NCBI GenBank assembly: GCA_018658715.1
Contig: JABHUQ010000034.1
Coordinates: 22,230-86,229, forward strand
Source: Fidelibacterota bacterium
Lineage (GTDB): Bacteria > Fidelibacterota > Marinisomatia > Marinisomatales > UBA1611
Direction: 5' to 3'
Length of the DNA stretch: 64,000 nt
Position 1 is the first letter of the stretch, and the number at the start of each line of letters is the position of its first letter. The notes beneath the pieces were generated by a model. That model was not told where the DNA came from and searched no databases. It saw nothing but the letters and a program-made list of their open reading frames with translations. A program made the translations under genes and the position numbers. This document shows positions 33,209 to 42,330 of this stretch, in pieces.

Positions 33209-34003
33209 ATGCTATTTACTCAATTAGTTCAAGCAAACCTAACCACAGCCGAGTACGGTAGAACAATTGAATATTTTACAAAAACAGAATCAACCAATGA
33301 TGATGCATGGGAGCTATATCAAGAAGATGCTCCATCTGGGAGTATTATTATTGCAGAAATCCAATCGAAAGGTCGTGGACGCCAAGGGAATAAATGGCAT
33401 ACATCACCAAATAAAGGATTGGCTTTTTCAATCCTTTTACGTCCAAAGATTTCTGTTCCTGATTCTGGAATCTTTTCTATTGCTACGGCTATTGCCATTT
33501 ACAAAGCTTTAAAAGAATATGAAATAGAAACTAAAACAAAATGGCCAAATGACATTTTAATTGATGATAAAAAAATTGCAGGGATTTTATGTGAATCTAG
33601 AATTTCAGGAAACCAAATCACTGGACTTGTTATTGGCGTTGGGTTAAATGTGAATCAAAGTTTAGATGATTTTTCAGAAGATATCGCTGATTTATCTACT
33701 TCTTTGTTCATAGAAAAAGGAGTACCTTTCCAAAGAGAACGAATTTTAGCTTCAATTATAAATCAACTAGAAAGTGTTGTTACACAAATTATAAATAATG
33801 AAATAGATGAAATAATTCATGACTGGGAATCCAATTGTCATCATATGTTAAAAGATATTTCAATCCGTGATAATGATAAAACTCATTTTGGAAAATTTAT
33901 GGGGATTAATACAAAAGGCAGTGCCCTTTTAAATGCGGCCGGAAATCAAAAAGAATTCAATTCAGGAATAGTGATTAAAACTGGTGAAGACCAGACGATT
34001 TAA
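33209..34003 (+). CDS. birA: Biotin-[acetyl-CoA-carboxylase] ligase (group I, no HTH)
   Basis: GRGRQGNKWHTSP, KWPNDILIDDKKIAGILCE. 264 aa. Confidence 0.88.
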   Translation: MLFTQLVQANLTTAEYGRTIEYFTKTESTNDDAWELYQEDAPSGSIIIAEIQSKGRGRQGNKWHTSPNKGLAFSILLRPKISVPDSGIFSIATAIAIYKALKEYEIETKTKWPNDILIDDKKIAGILCESRISGNQITGLVIGVGLNVNQSLDDFSEDIADLSTSLFIEKGVPFQRERILASIINQLESVVTQIINNEIDEIIHDWESNCHHMLKDISIRDNDKTHFGKFMGINTKGSALLNAAGNQKEFNSGIVIKTGEDQTI

Positions 34004-35141
34004 TCATGACTTCAAATTCTGGGAAAAAGTCTAAGATTCCTATTTCAATATTTTGCTGACATTTTATGGCCAGCTTTTGGGTTGTTCCTGGTTTAAAGTT
34101 TATTCCGAATAAAATTACATGATGTTCTTCTGTATCTACAATTCGAATATCGTGGAAGTTAGATAACCATTCATGGTCGCTATAATGTGTATCTAAATAG
34201 GCGCGTACTTCTTGTACTTTTGGATGATTTGGATAGATAGGATCCACATGAACCGTAGGCGATATACCCAATTTTTCTTTTAAAGTATTTTCTACATTTT
34301 CAGAAATATCATGTGCAGAAGCAGGAGATTCATTTCCATCAATTTCAATATGAATACTAATATATTTATCTTTCCCATAACTATGAATGGCAATATCGTG
34401 TGCACCCAAAACACCCTTAATATGCTCTACGCTATGTCTTACTTCTTTGATTTCATCTTCTGTTGGTGGTTTCCCAAGTAAATCATCAATAGCGGATTTT
34501 GCAATTTCAAATCCCGTCCACATAATAAATAGGGCTACACCAAGCCCGGCCCATCCATCTACTTGATAATAACCATATCTCCCAGCAATCATTGCACCTA
34601 GAACAAGCAATGATGAAATCGCATCTGTCCGATGGTGCCACGCATCTGCATGTAATGTGCCTGAAGCTATTTTTTGTGACAAAAATTCCCCATATCTTGC
34701 TGTGAGTTCCTTTAAGAGAATCGTTAATCCAATAAGCCCAATCATCCACCATTCAGAAACGATTGGTTCTGGATTCATTAACCGACTAATAGATGATTCA
34801 ATAAATTCAATCCCAGCAACTGCTAATAAAATAGCAATAATCAGGGTAGCAATATATTCTGCTCGTCCATGCCCATATGGATGGTCTTCATCTGCGGGTT
34901 TTTCGGCTTCATTAAACCCCCAAATCACAACAGCAGAAGAAATTAGATCAGATAAGGTATGAATGGCATCTGCTAATAAACTTATTGAGCCTACAACTAA
35001 ACTCAATCCCATTTTTATAATAAAAAGAATGCCATTAATAATAACAGACACCCATCCTTGGAATTTTCCAATTCGGGTTCTATAAATTCGGGCTGGTTCT
35101 TTCCCTTTGGGAACAAATATATTGGTAATGGATTCAAACAT
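33975..35141 (-). CDS. Cation diffusion facilitator (CDF) metal efflux transporter with an extra C-terminal domain
   Basis: TM region with LLADAIHTLSDL and HADAWHHRTDA metal-site motifs. A cytoplasmic domain is followed by a second, similar ~85-aa segment. Confidence 0.85.
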   Translation of the reverse strand: MFESITNIFVPKGKEPARIYRTRIGKFQGWVSVIINGILFIIKMGLSLVVGSISLLADAIHTLSDLISSAVVIWGFNEAEKPADEDHPYGHGRAEYIATLIIAILLAVAGIEFIESSISRLMNPEPIVSEWWMIGLIGLTILLKELTARYGEFLSQKIASGTLHADAWHHRTDAISSLLVLGAMIAGRYGYYQVDGWAGLGVALFIMWTGFEIAKSAIDDLLGKPPTEDEIKEVRHSVEHIKGVLGAHDIAIHSYGKDKYISIHIEIDGNESPASAHDISENVENTLKEKLGISPTVHVDPIYPNHPKVQEVRAYLDTHYSDHEWLSNFHDIRIVDTEEHHVILFGINFKPGTTQKLAIKCQQNIEIGILDFFPEFEVMIKSSGLHQF

Positions 35142-35246
35142 TAATAATTTTTTGTGGTATGACTATACGATTATAACACAATTATAAATTAGAGACTAAA
35201 CTCGCTAAACGCAATATTAGGTTTAGCCAGACGTTACCTGCAAACT

Positions 35247-36383
35247 ATGAAAACGATAAGCGTTGTACTTTTAATGATGACTTTTTTAAGTTCTTGCAAT
35301 TCACAAACAGCAAAAATGAATGAAATTGAAACCATTCTATCCAAACAAATTGAAAAGAACAAAACACCTTCTGTTCAATATTTGATTTTCAATAAAGACA
35401 GTATCATTTATCAATTTAGTAGAGGTTTTGCCGATATAAAGAACAAAAAGAAAGTAAATGAAAACACTACATACAATGCATATTCTGTAACCAAGACATT
35501 TACTGCATTAGCCATTTTACAACTAGCAGAACAGGGAAAAATTGATATTGAACAACCCGTCATTAATTATTTACCTGAATTTCCATATCAATCTGAAATA
35601 ACCATAAGGCAATTATTGAATCATTCAAGTGGAATACCAAATCCGATTCCTTTAAGTTGGATTCATTTAGCGGATGAACATAAATCGTTTAACAGGAATA
35701 TTTTTTTTAATCAAATCCTTACCAAAAACAACAAGACAAAATCAAAACCGAATGAAAAATACGCTTATTCCAACCTTGGTTATGTTCTACTTGGGCAACT
35801 AATTGAAAAAATTTCTAAAATCAGTTATGAAGAATTTATTCACTCAAATATTTTACAGCCTTTGGGAATTGAAAATGGCGAAATGGATTTTACAATAGCC
35901 GAGACAAATCAGCACGCAAAAGGCTATCATAAAAAATACAGTTTCTCAAATGCTATTTTGGGCTTTATGATTGACAAATCAAAATTTGTAGATACAACTG
36001 AAGGAAAATGGAACTCATTTAATAATTTATATGTCAACGGTATTTCTTACGGTGGTTTAATCGGAACTTCTGATGTTTTTGTAAAATACATTCAGGAATT
36101 ATTAAAGCCGAATTGTAAACTGATAACAGATGAATATAAGAAAATACTTTTCACTGAAAACCTCACAAATCAGGGAAAACCGACAGGAATGTGTTTGTCT
36201 TGGTTTAGCGGACAATTGTACGGAAATCAATATTTTGCACACGCAGGAGGCGGAGGTGGTTACTATTGCGAAATTAGAGTGTATCCCGACAAAGGAATTG
36301 GAAGTGTTATTATGTTTAATCGAACAGGAATGACTGATGAACGATTTTTAGATAAATTGGACAAATACGCACTGAATGAATAG
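35247..36383 (+). CDS. Serine hydrolase of the beta-lactamase/transpeptidase-like (class C/esterase) family, exported
   Basis: Signal/lipobox-like MMTFLSSC. SxxK motif YSVTKTF. YSNLGY (the YxN motif). Confidence 0.85.
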   Translation: MKTISVVLLMMTFLSSCNSQTAKMNEIETILSKQIEKNKTPSVQYLIFNKDSIIYQFSRGFADIKNKKKVNENTTYNAYSVTKTFTALAILQLAEQGKIDIEQPVINYLPEFPYQSEITIRQLLNHSSGIPNPIPLSWIHLADEHKSFNRNIFFNQILTKNNKTKSKPNEKYAYSNLGYVLLGQLIEKISKISYEEFIHSNILQPLGIENGEMDFTIAETNQHAKGYHKKYSFSNAILGFMIDKSKFVDTTEGKWNSFNNLYVNGISYGGLIGTSDVFVKYIQELLKPNCKLITDEYKKILFTENLTNQGKPTGMCLSWFSGQLYGNQYFAHAGGGGGYYCEIRVYPDKGIGSVIMFNRTGMTDERFLDKLDKYALNE

Positions 36384-37008
36384 AAATATATTATTATTTG
36401 GCGCTACAGGAAATACTGGAGTTGAAATATGTAAAGAATTGAATACGTTGAACATTCAGCATTCAGCTTTTGTTAGAAAAGGATCTGAAAGCAAAGTAAA
36501 CACTAATCTTACAGAAATTATTTCGGGTGATGTGCTCCAAAAGAAGGATGTAGAAAATGGGATTTTAACTCACGATTTTACAGATATAATTATTGCATTA
36601 GGAAGTCGCGATCTTAAAGGAGGAAATATCCGATCTTTGGGAACAAAAAATATTGTAGATACACTAAAGTCGAATTCATTAAAATGTAAAATTCATATAA
36701 TTAGTGCTCATGGGATAGGGAATAGTTGGAATAATTTAAAATGGTATGAAAAATTAATCTCTAAACTATTTATTGGAAAAACAATGAAAGATCATGAATT
36801 ACAGGAACTAACAATTAAACAGAACCTCAGTAGCTTCCATATTATTAGGCCTGTTGCTTTAAAGAATGGAGAAGCTACAGAGAAGATCTATTCATGTTCT
36901 AAAGGAAGCTTACCAAATGGATCAATTATACGAGCTGATGTTGCCAAATTTCTAGTCAAAAGTATGATAGAAGACACATCAGGAATAAGTTCAATTTGTA
37001 ACTCTTAA
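36376..37008 (+). CDS. NAD(P)H-binding, NmrA/atypical-SDR-like protein
   Basis: N-terminal Rossmann motif ILLFGATGNTG. 8-nt overlap with the upstream hydrolase gene. Confidence 0.75.
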   Translation: MNRNILLFGATGNTGVEICKELNTLNIQHSAFVRKGSESKVNTNLTEIISGDVLQKKDVENGILTHDFTDIIIALGSRDLKGGNIRSLGTKNIVDTLKSNSLKCKIHIISAHGIGNSWNNLKWYEKLISKLFIGKTMKDHELQELTIKQNLSSFHIIRPVALKNGEATEKIYSCSKGSLPNGSIIRADVAKFLVKSMIEDTSGISSICNS

Positions 37009-37134
37009 TCCATGACAATTACTTTGATTACCATTATTATTTTCTTTAGCATTGTAGAAGTTGGCACTAGTTCTTTCATACTTTTTTCTGCGTAGAACTG
37101 GATAGAATCATAATATTATAGGTAACTTTTTTGT

Positions 37135-37350
37135 ATGCATATTGCTAATACAATTCGTGGTTTCATTTTCCTTTCCGCTGGATTAGCACTTTTTCTTACA
37201 CCAGATAAAGTATTTCAATTTCAAAAGTATGTACTCAAAAAATTGCCTTTCAAATATAATTTAGAAAAAGAACAAAAAAATTATCTAATCATCGGAATCA
37301 TCTTCTTTATTATTTCAATATTCTTATTTGTAGTTTCTTTCTCTAAATAA
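37135..37350 (+). CDS. Small two-TM hypothetical membrane protein
   Basis: 71-aa ORF with two hydrophobic segments (GFIFLSAGLALFL and LIIGIIFFIISIFLFVV). No family recognised. Confidence 0.4.
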   Translation: MHIANTIRGFIFLSAGLALFLTPDKVFQFQKYVLKKLPFKYNLEKEQKNYLIIGIIFFIISIFLFVVSFSK

Positions 37351-37368
37351 TCCTTTAGAATCAATATT

Positions 37369-37857
37369 ATGGCTATTCAAATATTATTAACTGGCGGCAC
37401 ATTTGATAAAGAGTATAACGAATTAACAGGAAAATTATTTTTTAAAGATTCCCACCTTCCAGAAATGCTTTCTTTGGGTCGATCTAGGTTAGACATTCAG
37501 GTGGAAGCGCTCATGATGATTGATAGTTTAGATATGTCTGAACAAGATCGCGAAAATATTGCTCAACATTGTATATCGTCCCAATATAATCATATTGTGG
37601 TTACACACGGAACTGATACATTAGTACGCACAGCTGGTATCATAGCCAAACTTGTACAAAACAAAACTATCGTAATAACAGGCGCAATGGTTCCCTATAA
37701 ATTTGGCAGTTCGGATGGAATGTTTAATCTAGGAAGTGCGCTTGCGTTTGTTCAAACATTGGAACCGGGCGTATACATTGCTATGAATGGGCAATACTTT
37801 CGTCATGATAATTGCCATAAAAATAAAGAAACAGGCGAATTCGAAGAATTAGTTTAA
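37369..37857 (+). CDS. Single-domain asparaginase-family protein (N-terminal asparaginase domain only)
   Basis: LLTGGTFDK (TGGT nucleophile motif) and VVTHGTDTL (HGTDT). Only 162 aa, versus about 330 aa for full asparaginases. Confidence 0.7.
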   Translation: MAIQILLTGGTFDKEYNELTGKLFFKDSHLPEMLSLGRSRLDIQVEALMMIDSLDMSEQDRENIAQHCISSQYNHIVVTHGTDTLVRTAGIIAKLVQNKTIVITGAMVPYKFGSSDGMFNLGSALAFVQTLEPGVYIAMNGQYFRHDNCHKNKETGEFEELV

Positions 37858-37955
37858 TAGTACCAAGGTAATATGGAGATTTGATCATATTTCTTTTTAT
37901 TGATTAAATAATTCTGTACTTTTTTAAGGATTTAAAAATAAAAAGGAGTATTAAT

Positions 37956-38147
37956 ATGCCAATTACTACTATTAAAATTGTCCGAGGCATTTTTACCGAA
38001 GAGCAGAAATCTGCGATGATTCAAGAGGTTACAGAGGCTATGGTCAAAGTAACTGGAGAAGAAAAACGTAATGGTAACTGGGTTCTCATCGAAGAAACAA
38101 ATCCTGGAGAATGGGCAATTGGAGGAAAACCCGTCGGCCTCCCTTGA
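37956..38147 (+). CDS. 4-oxalocrotonate tautomerase family protein
   Basis: 63 aa beginning MPITTIKI (Pro-1 after Met removal). AAGGAG RBS upstream. Confidence 0.8.
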   Translation: MPITTIKIVRGIFTEEQKSAMIQEVTEAMVKVTGEEKRNGNWVLIEETNPGEWAIGGKPVGLP

Positions 38148-38216
38148 TTACATATTGCAGCTAATTAGTAAATATTTCTACCATCCAATAACTAAAAAGT
38201 GATAAAGGAGATGCAA

Positions 38217-38531
38217 ATGAAGAAATCATTAATAATTCAAGCAATCCTAGCCTTGCTTTTTATTTTTATGACTGGTTGTGCAAGTAAAAAGATTTATCCA
38301 GTGATAGATACTAAATTCAAGTTACACGAATATGATTATGCTCACGTTAAGGATTTAGCTTTTATCAAAATTGGCACAACAACTCAGCTGTACTGTATTA
38401 AACATTCTGATTGGGAAAATATTAAAGTAAAAAAGTACCATCATGAGGATACAGATTTTACAATATCTGACCCATATCCAAATCAAGGTACACCAGAACA
38501 AGATACGTTTAATAGTCAGCGGGGTAATTAA
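38217..38531 (+). CDS. Small lipoprotein of unknown function
   Basis: MKKSLIIQAILALLFIFMTGC contains a lipobox. AAGGAG lies 6 nt upstream of ATG 38217. The ORF opens at GTG 38199. Confidence 0.6.
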   Translation: MKKSLIIQAILALLFIFMTGCASKKIYPVIDTKFKLHEYDYAHVKDLAFIKIGTTTQLYCIKHSDWENIKVKKYHHEDTDFTISDPYPNQGTPEQDTFNSQRGN

Positions 38532-38555
38532 AAAGAGCTGAATTCATTGCTCTTT
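38532..38555. terminator. Possible bidirectional hairpin between convergent genes
   Basis: AAAGAGC (38532-38538) pairs with GCTCTTT (38549-38555) around a 10-nt loop, with A/T runs on both sides. The stem is short. Confidence 0.4.
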
Positions 38556-38570
38556 ACAAAGTTTTAAAAT

Positions 38571-39743
38571 TTATGAATCGTAGGCAGCCATCCCTGTTTC
38601 TTGCTGGCCAATAATCAAAGTATGCATCTCGTGGGTGCCTTCGTAAGTATAAACCGATTCAATATTGGCCATGTGGCGCATAATAGGGTAATCTTCCGTC
38701 ACCCCGTTGGCCCCTAACATTCCACGTGAAATCTTGGCAATATCTCTGGCCAATTCACAATTGTTCCGCTTCGCCATGGATACCTGCTGAAAGGTCATTT
38801 TCCCTTCATCTTTTAAACGTCCCAGTCGGTAGACTAATAATTGTGCTTCAGTAATTCGAGTTACCATATCTGCTAATTTTTTCTGTGTAAGTTGATACCC
38901 GCCAATAGGCTTGGAAAATTGCTTCCGCTCTTTAGAATATTCCAAAGCTGTATTGTAGCAATCCACCGCACAGCCAACCATTCCCCAAGAAATGCCATAA
39001 CGCGCTTGAGTCAAACAACCTAATGGGCCTTTTAATCCTTCAATATTAGGGAGTCGTGCTGAATCGGGCACTTTTACATTCACCATTGAAAGTTCAGATG
39101 TAACGGATGCTCTTAAACTTAATTTTCCATGAATATCGCTAGATGTAAATCCATCCATTCCTTTTTCTAATAAAAATCCACGAACGAGTCCATCTTCATC
39201 TCTCGCCCAAACCACGGCTACATCAGCCAAAGATCCATTGGTGATCCACATTTTATTCCCATTAATGATCCACCCATCACCATCGCGCTTACATCGTGTT
39301 GCCATATCACCAGGATTTGAACCAAAATTTGGTTCGGTAAGTCCAAAACATCCAATTAGTGTCCCTGCACCCAATCCAGGAAGCCATTTGGCTTTTTGTT
39401 CATCTGAACCATAAGCATGAATTGGATACATAACTAATGCGCCTTGAACACTGGCAAAAGATCGAAGGCCAGAATCGCCCCGTTCTAATTCATGAAGAAT
39501 AAGCCCATAGGCAACATTGCTTACACCGGCACCGGCACTTTCTTCAGGGAGTGCTGAACCCATAAATCCTAATTCCCCTAATTTGGGGACCAATTCCATG
39601 GGGAAGGTTGATTTTTCATAATGCTCATTAATGAGTGGCATAAATTCTGATTGGACAAAATCGTATGCCGTTTGTTGTATAAGTAATTCTTCTTCTGATA
39701 GCAAATCTGTTATGTTATAAAAATCTGGTCCAAACTGTTTCAT
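38571..39743 (-). CDS. gcdH: Glutaryl-CoA dehydrogenase-type acyl-CoA dehydrogenase
   Basis: 390 aa. LTEPNFGSNP, KMWITNG, C-terminal YTYEGTHEMHTLIIG (GCDH-like NTYEGTHDIH signature). Confidence 0.8.
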   Translation of the reverse strand: MKQFGPDFYNITDLLSEEELLIQQTAYDFVQSEFMPLINEHYEKSTFPMELVPKLGELGFMGSALPEESAGAGVSNVAYGLILHELERGDSGLRSFASVQGALVMYPIHAYGSDEQKAKWLPGLGAGTLIGCFGLTEPNFGSNPGDMATRCKRDGDGWIINGNKMWITNGSLADVAVVWARDEDGLVRGFLLEKGMDGFTSSDIHGKLSLRASVTSELSMVNVKVPDSARLPNIEGLKGPLGCLTQARYGISWGMVGCAVDCYNTALEYSKERKQFSKPIGGYQLTQKKLADMVTRITEAQLLVYRLGRLKDEGKMTFQQVSMAKRNNCELARDIAKISRGMLGANGVTEDYPIMRHMANIESVYTYEGTHEMHTLIIGQQETGMAAYDS

Positions 39744-39880
39744 AAAATATCCTTTGTTATTTCAAGGAGCAAAATTACATCTATAAATGTGTTGAATTAA
39801 CCAAAAGTAACAACAATTTCTATACTTTACTTTTCGACAACTCTTTAATTTCCTTGCTTATTAATTACGGATTTACAATC

Positions 39881-40975
39881 ATGATTAAAAAAAGAGAAAT
39901 GGTGGATGGTGCAGCTGCCATTGCACGTGGTGCTTTAGATGCAGGATGTAACTATTATGCCGGTTACCCTATCACACCAGCATCAGGTATTTTGACCCAC
40001 ATGCTTCGTGAACTCCCCAAAGTGGGCGGTATTGGATTCCAAGGAGAAGATGAAATATCATCTCTTGGACATTGTATTGGCGCAGCTATGACTGGTGCAA
40101 CTGTTTTTACCGCCACGAGTGGACCTGGGTTATCCCTTTATTCAGAAAATCTTGGGCTTGCTATTATGATGGAAGTTCCAATAGTGATTGCTATTTCTCA
40201 AAGATTGGGCCCATCTACGGGTGCTGCTACTGCATCTGCTCAGGGCGATATTCAATTTATGAGATGGGGAACGACAGGTGGATACCCAATGATTGTCCTT
40301 GCTCCTACAAATATTTCAGAATGTTATCATTTAACAAAACGTGCATTTCAATTGGCTAAACGATTCCGAACACCTGTATTTCTAGCAACGGATAAAGATA
40401 CCGTTATGACCACAGAATCTGTTTCTGTAAATGATATGAAGAATGCCCCAGATTGGCCAAAGATTCCAAATGGTGGAGTTGGAAAAGAATTAGATCCATA
40501 TCAAATCGATGGTGAAATCCATCATTATACAGGATCAAGCCATAATGAAGAAGGACATATCACAAAAGATCCTGATATTATTGCCGAATTAAATGAACGA
40601 TTAAGAACAAAAATTGAATCAAATCTTAATGAGCTATCACTTGTGAAAAATGATCTTCAGCATGGTGCAGACACATTAATATTAAGTTATGGAATATCAG
40701 CCCGTTCTATGGAAGCTGCGGTAAAAGAGATTCGTGACGGAGGGGATCAAGTATCATCCATAACAATATATTCTCTCTGGCCTGTTCCTGAAAAGGCAAT
40801 CCAAGAAAGTTTAGTTGGAATAAAACGTATCATTGTTCCTGAATTAAATCACGGGCAATATCTTCGAGAAATTGAACGACTTGTAAATCGTGATGTCGAA
40901 TTGATTGGTGTAAATCGTGTAGATACTATTTTGCTAACACCCGATGAAATTATGCGAGCCTATCATGGATCCTAA
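39881..40975 (+). CDS. 2-oxoacid:ferredoxin oxidoreductase alpha subunit
   Basis: MVDGAAAIARGALDAGCNYYAGYPITPAS, GFQGEDEISS, TATSGPGLSL. The ORF opens at TTG 39854; ATG 39881 is preferred. Confidence 0.85.
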   Translation: MIKKREMVDGAAAIARGALDAGCNYYAGYPITPASGILTHMLRELPKVGGIGFQGEDEISSLGHCIGAAMTGATVFTATSGPGLSLYSENLGLAIMMEVPIVIAISQRLGPSTGAATASAQGDIQFMRWGTTGGYPMIVLAPTNISECYHLTKRAFQLAKRFRTPVFLATDKDTVMTTESVSVNDMKNAPDWPKIPNGGVGKELDPYQIDGEIHHYTGSSHNEEGHITKDPDIIAELNERLRTKIESNLNELSLVKNDLQHGADTLILSYGISARSMEAAVKEIRDGGDQVSSITIYSLWPVPEKAIQESLVGIKRIIVPELNHGQYLREIERLVNRDVELIGVNRVDTILLTPDEIMRAYHGS

Positions 40976-42287
40976 ACATTTAGATACATATATAGCCAAG
41001 GAAAATCTTCCATATGCTTTTTGCCCTGGATGCAGTCATGGGAAAATTCTAGGTGCATTAAGTGATAGCTTAAAAAGACAAAATTTAGACCCATCTGAAG
41101 TTGTTATAGTAACAGACATTGGATGTGTTGGATTATCTGATAAATATTTTATTACACACGCATTTCATGGTTTACATGGACGTGCAATTACATATGCTTC
41201 CGGTATTAAAATGCAGAATCCTGATTTAAATGTTGTTGTCCTTATTGGTGATGGTGGCTGCGGTATTGGCGGGCATCATTTATTAAATGCAGCCCGACTT
41301 AATTCCGATATTAATGTATTGGTATTCAATAATTTTAATTTCGGCATGACAGGTGGACAACATTCTGTTACAACTCCCCTAGATAGTATTACTGCAACTA
41401 CAGCATTAGGAAGTATCGATGCACCCATGGATATTGCAGGAACAGCGCAAGTGAATGGTGGCGGATTTATCGCCAGAGCTACTGCCTTTGATAAAGATTT
41501 GCCAGAATTAATTGAAAAATCGATGAGACACGATGGGTTTTCGTTAATCGATATTTGGGAATTATGTACAGCATATTATGTCCCAAGAAATGATTTTGGA
41601 CGAAAAGATATGATGGTATATATGGATGGCATGGAAATGGCCTCTGGCATTCTTCAAGAAACTAACCGACCAAGTTTCCAAACAAGTTATAAAAATATTC
41701 AAGAAAAGGCAAGTGTCCAAAATCCTATAAGTGGATTAGAATTAGAAACGATTTTTGAACATTCATTAACAAAACCGATCAGAATTGTATTAGCTGGAGC
41801 TGCAGGTCAAAAAGTAGTTTCAGCTGGTAATCTACTCGCTTCAGCAGCCACATTATCTGGGTTGTGGGTAAGTCGTCGCGCTGATTTCCCCATTACTATA
41901 CAGACGGGTTTTTCTGTAGCTGAAATTGTGATTAGTCCAGAACCTGTCCTTTATTCTGGCATTGTTAAACCTGATGTTGTGGCTATTATTGCATCAGAAG
42001 GAAAATCGAAAGTTTCACGCCTAACATTAGCCATGGATGACAGTGGTGTTATTTACCATTCCGATGGATTAGGCAATATTGAATCTGAAGCACAGATTTC
42101 ACCATTAGATTTCCCTGAAGATGTACAACAAGATATACGAAAAAATCTTTCTGCCTTAACAGCTGCATTCCTAACAAAAAAATTAAATATGTTCCCATTC
42201 GAGGCTTTAAAAGAAGCTTCTCGGCAAATTCAAAAACCAAAAATAACTGAAATCAATCTAGGCATTTTTGAATATTTTGAAGATTAA
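40965..42287 (+). CDS. 2-oxoacid:ferredoxin oxidoreductase beta subunit fused to a gamma-type domain
   Basis: FCPGCSHG, DIGCVG and TPP motif GDGGCGIGGHHLLNAAR..NINV..FNN. The C-terminal IRIVLAGAAGQKVVSAGNLLASAA is gamma (POR) domain-like. ATG 40965 overlaps the alpha-subunit stop. Confidence 0.85.
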   Translation: MDPKHLDTYIAKENLPYAFCPGCSHGKILGALSDSLKRQNLDPSEVVIVTDIGCVGLSDKYFITHAFHGLHGRAITYASGIKMQNPDLNVVVLIGDGGCGIGGHHLLNAARLNSDINVLVFNNFNFGMTGGQHSVTTPLDSITATTALGSIDAPMDIAGTAQVNGGGFIARATAFDKDLPELIEKSMRHDGFSLIDIWELCTAYYVPRNDFGRKDMMVYMDGMEMASGILQETNRPSFQTSYKNIQEKASVQNPISGLELETIFEHSLTKPIRIVLAGAAGQKVVSAGNLLASAATLSGLWVSRRADFPITIQTGFSVAEIVISPEPVLYSGIVKPDVVAIIASEGKSKVSRLTLAMDDSGVIYHSDGLGNIESEAQISPLDFPEDVQQDIRKNLSALTAAFLTKKLNMFPFEALKEASRQIQKPKITEINLGIFEYFED

Positions 42288-42330
42288 ATGGAATATTATT
42301 TTAATAATAACAAACAATAATTGAGTGGAC

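Noticed and set aside
32941-33261. 106-aa alternative-frame ORF spanning the membrane-protein/birA junction
   Set aside because: It is rich in H, Y and C and low in complexity, and it overlaps two better-supported frames.
40072-40359. 95-aa alternative-frame ORF inside the OFOR alpha gene
   Set aside because: It overlaps conserved TATSGPGLSL coding sequence. The alternative-frame ORFs at 36130-36333, 43073-43276, 33267-33512 and 34507-34962 were rejected for the same reason.
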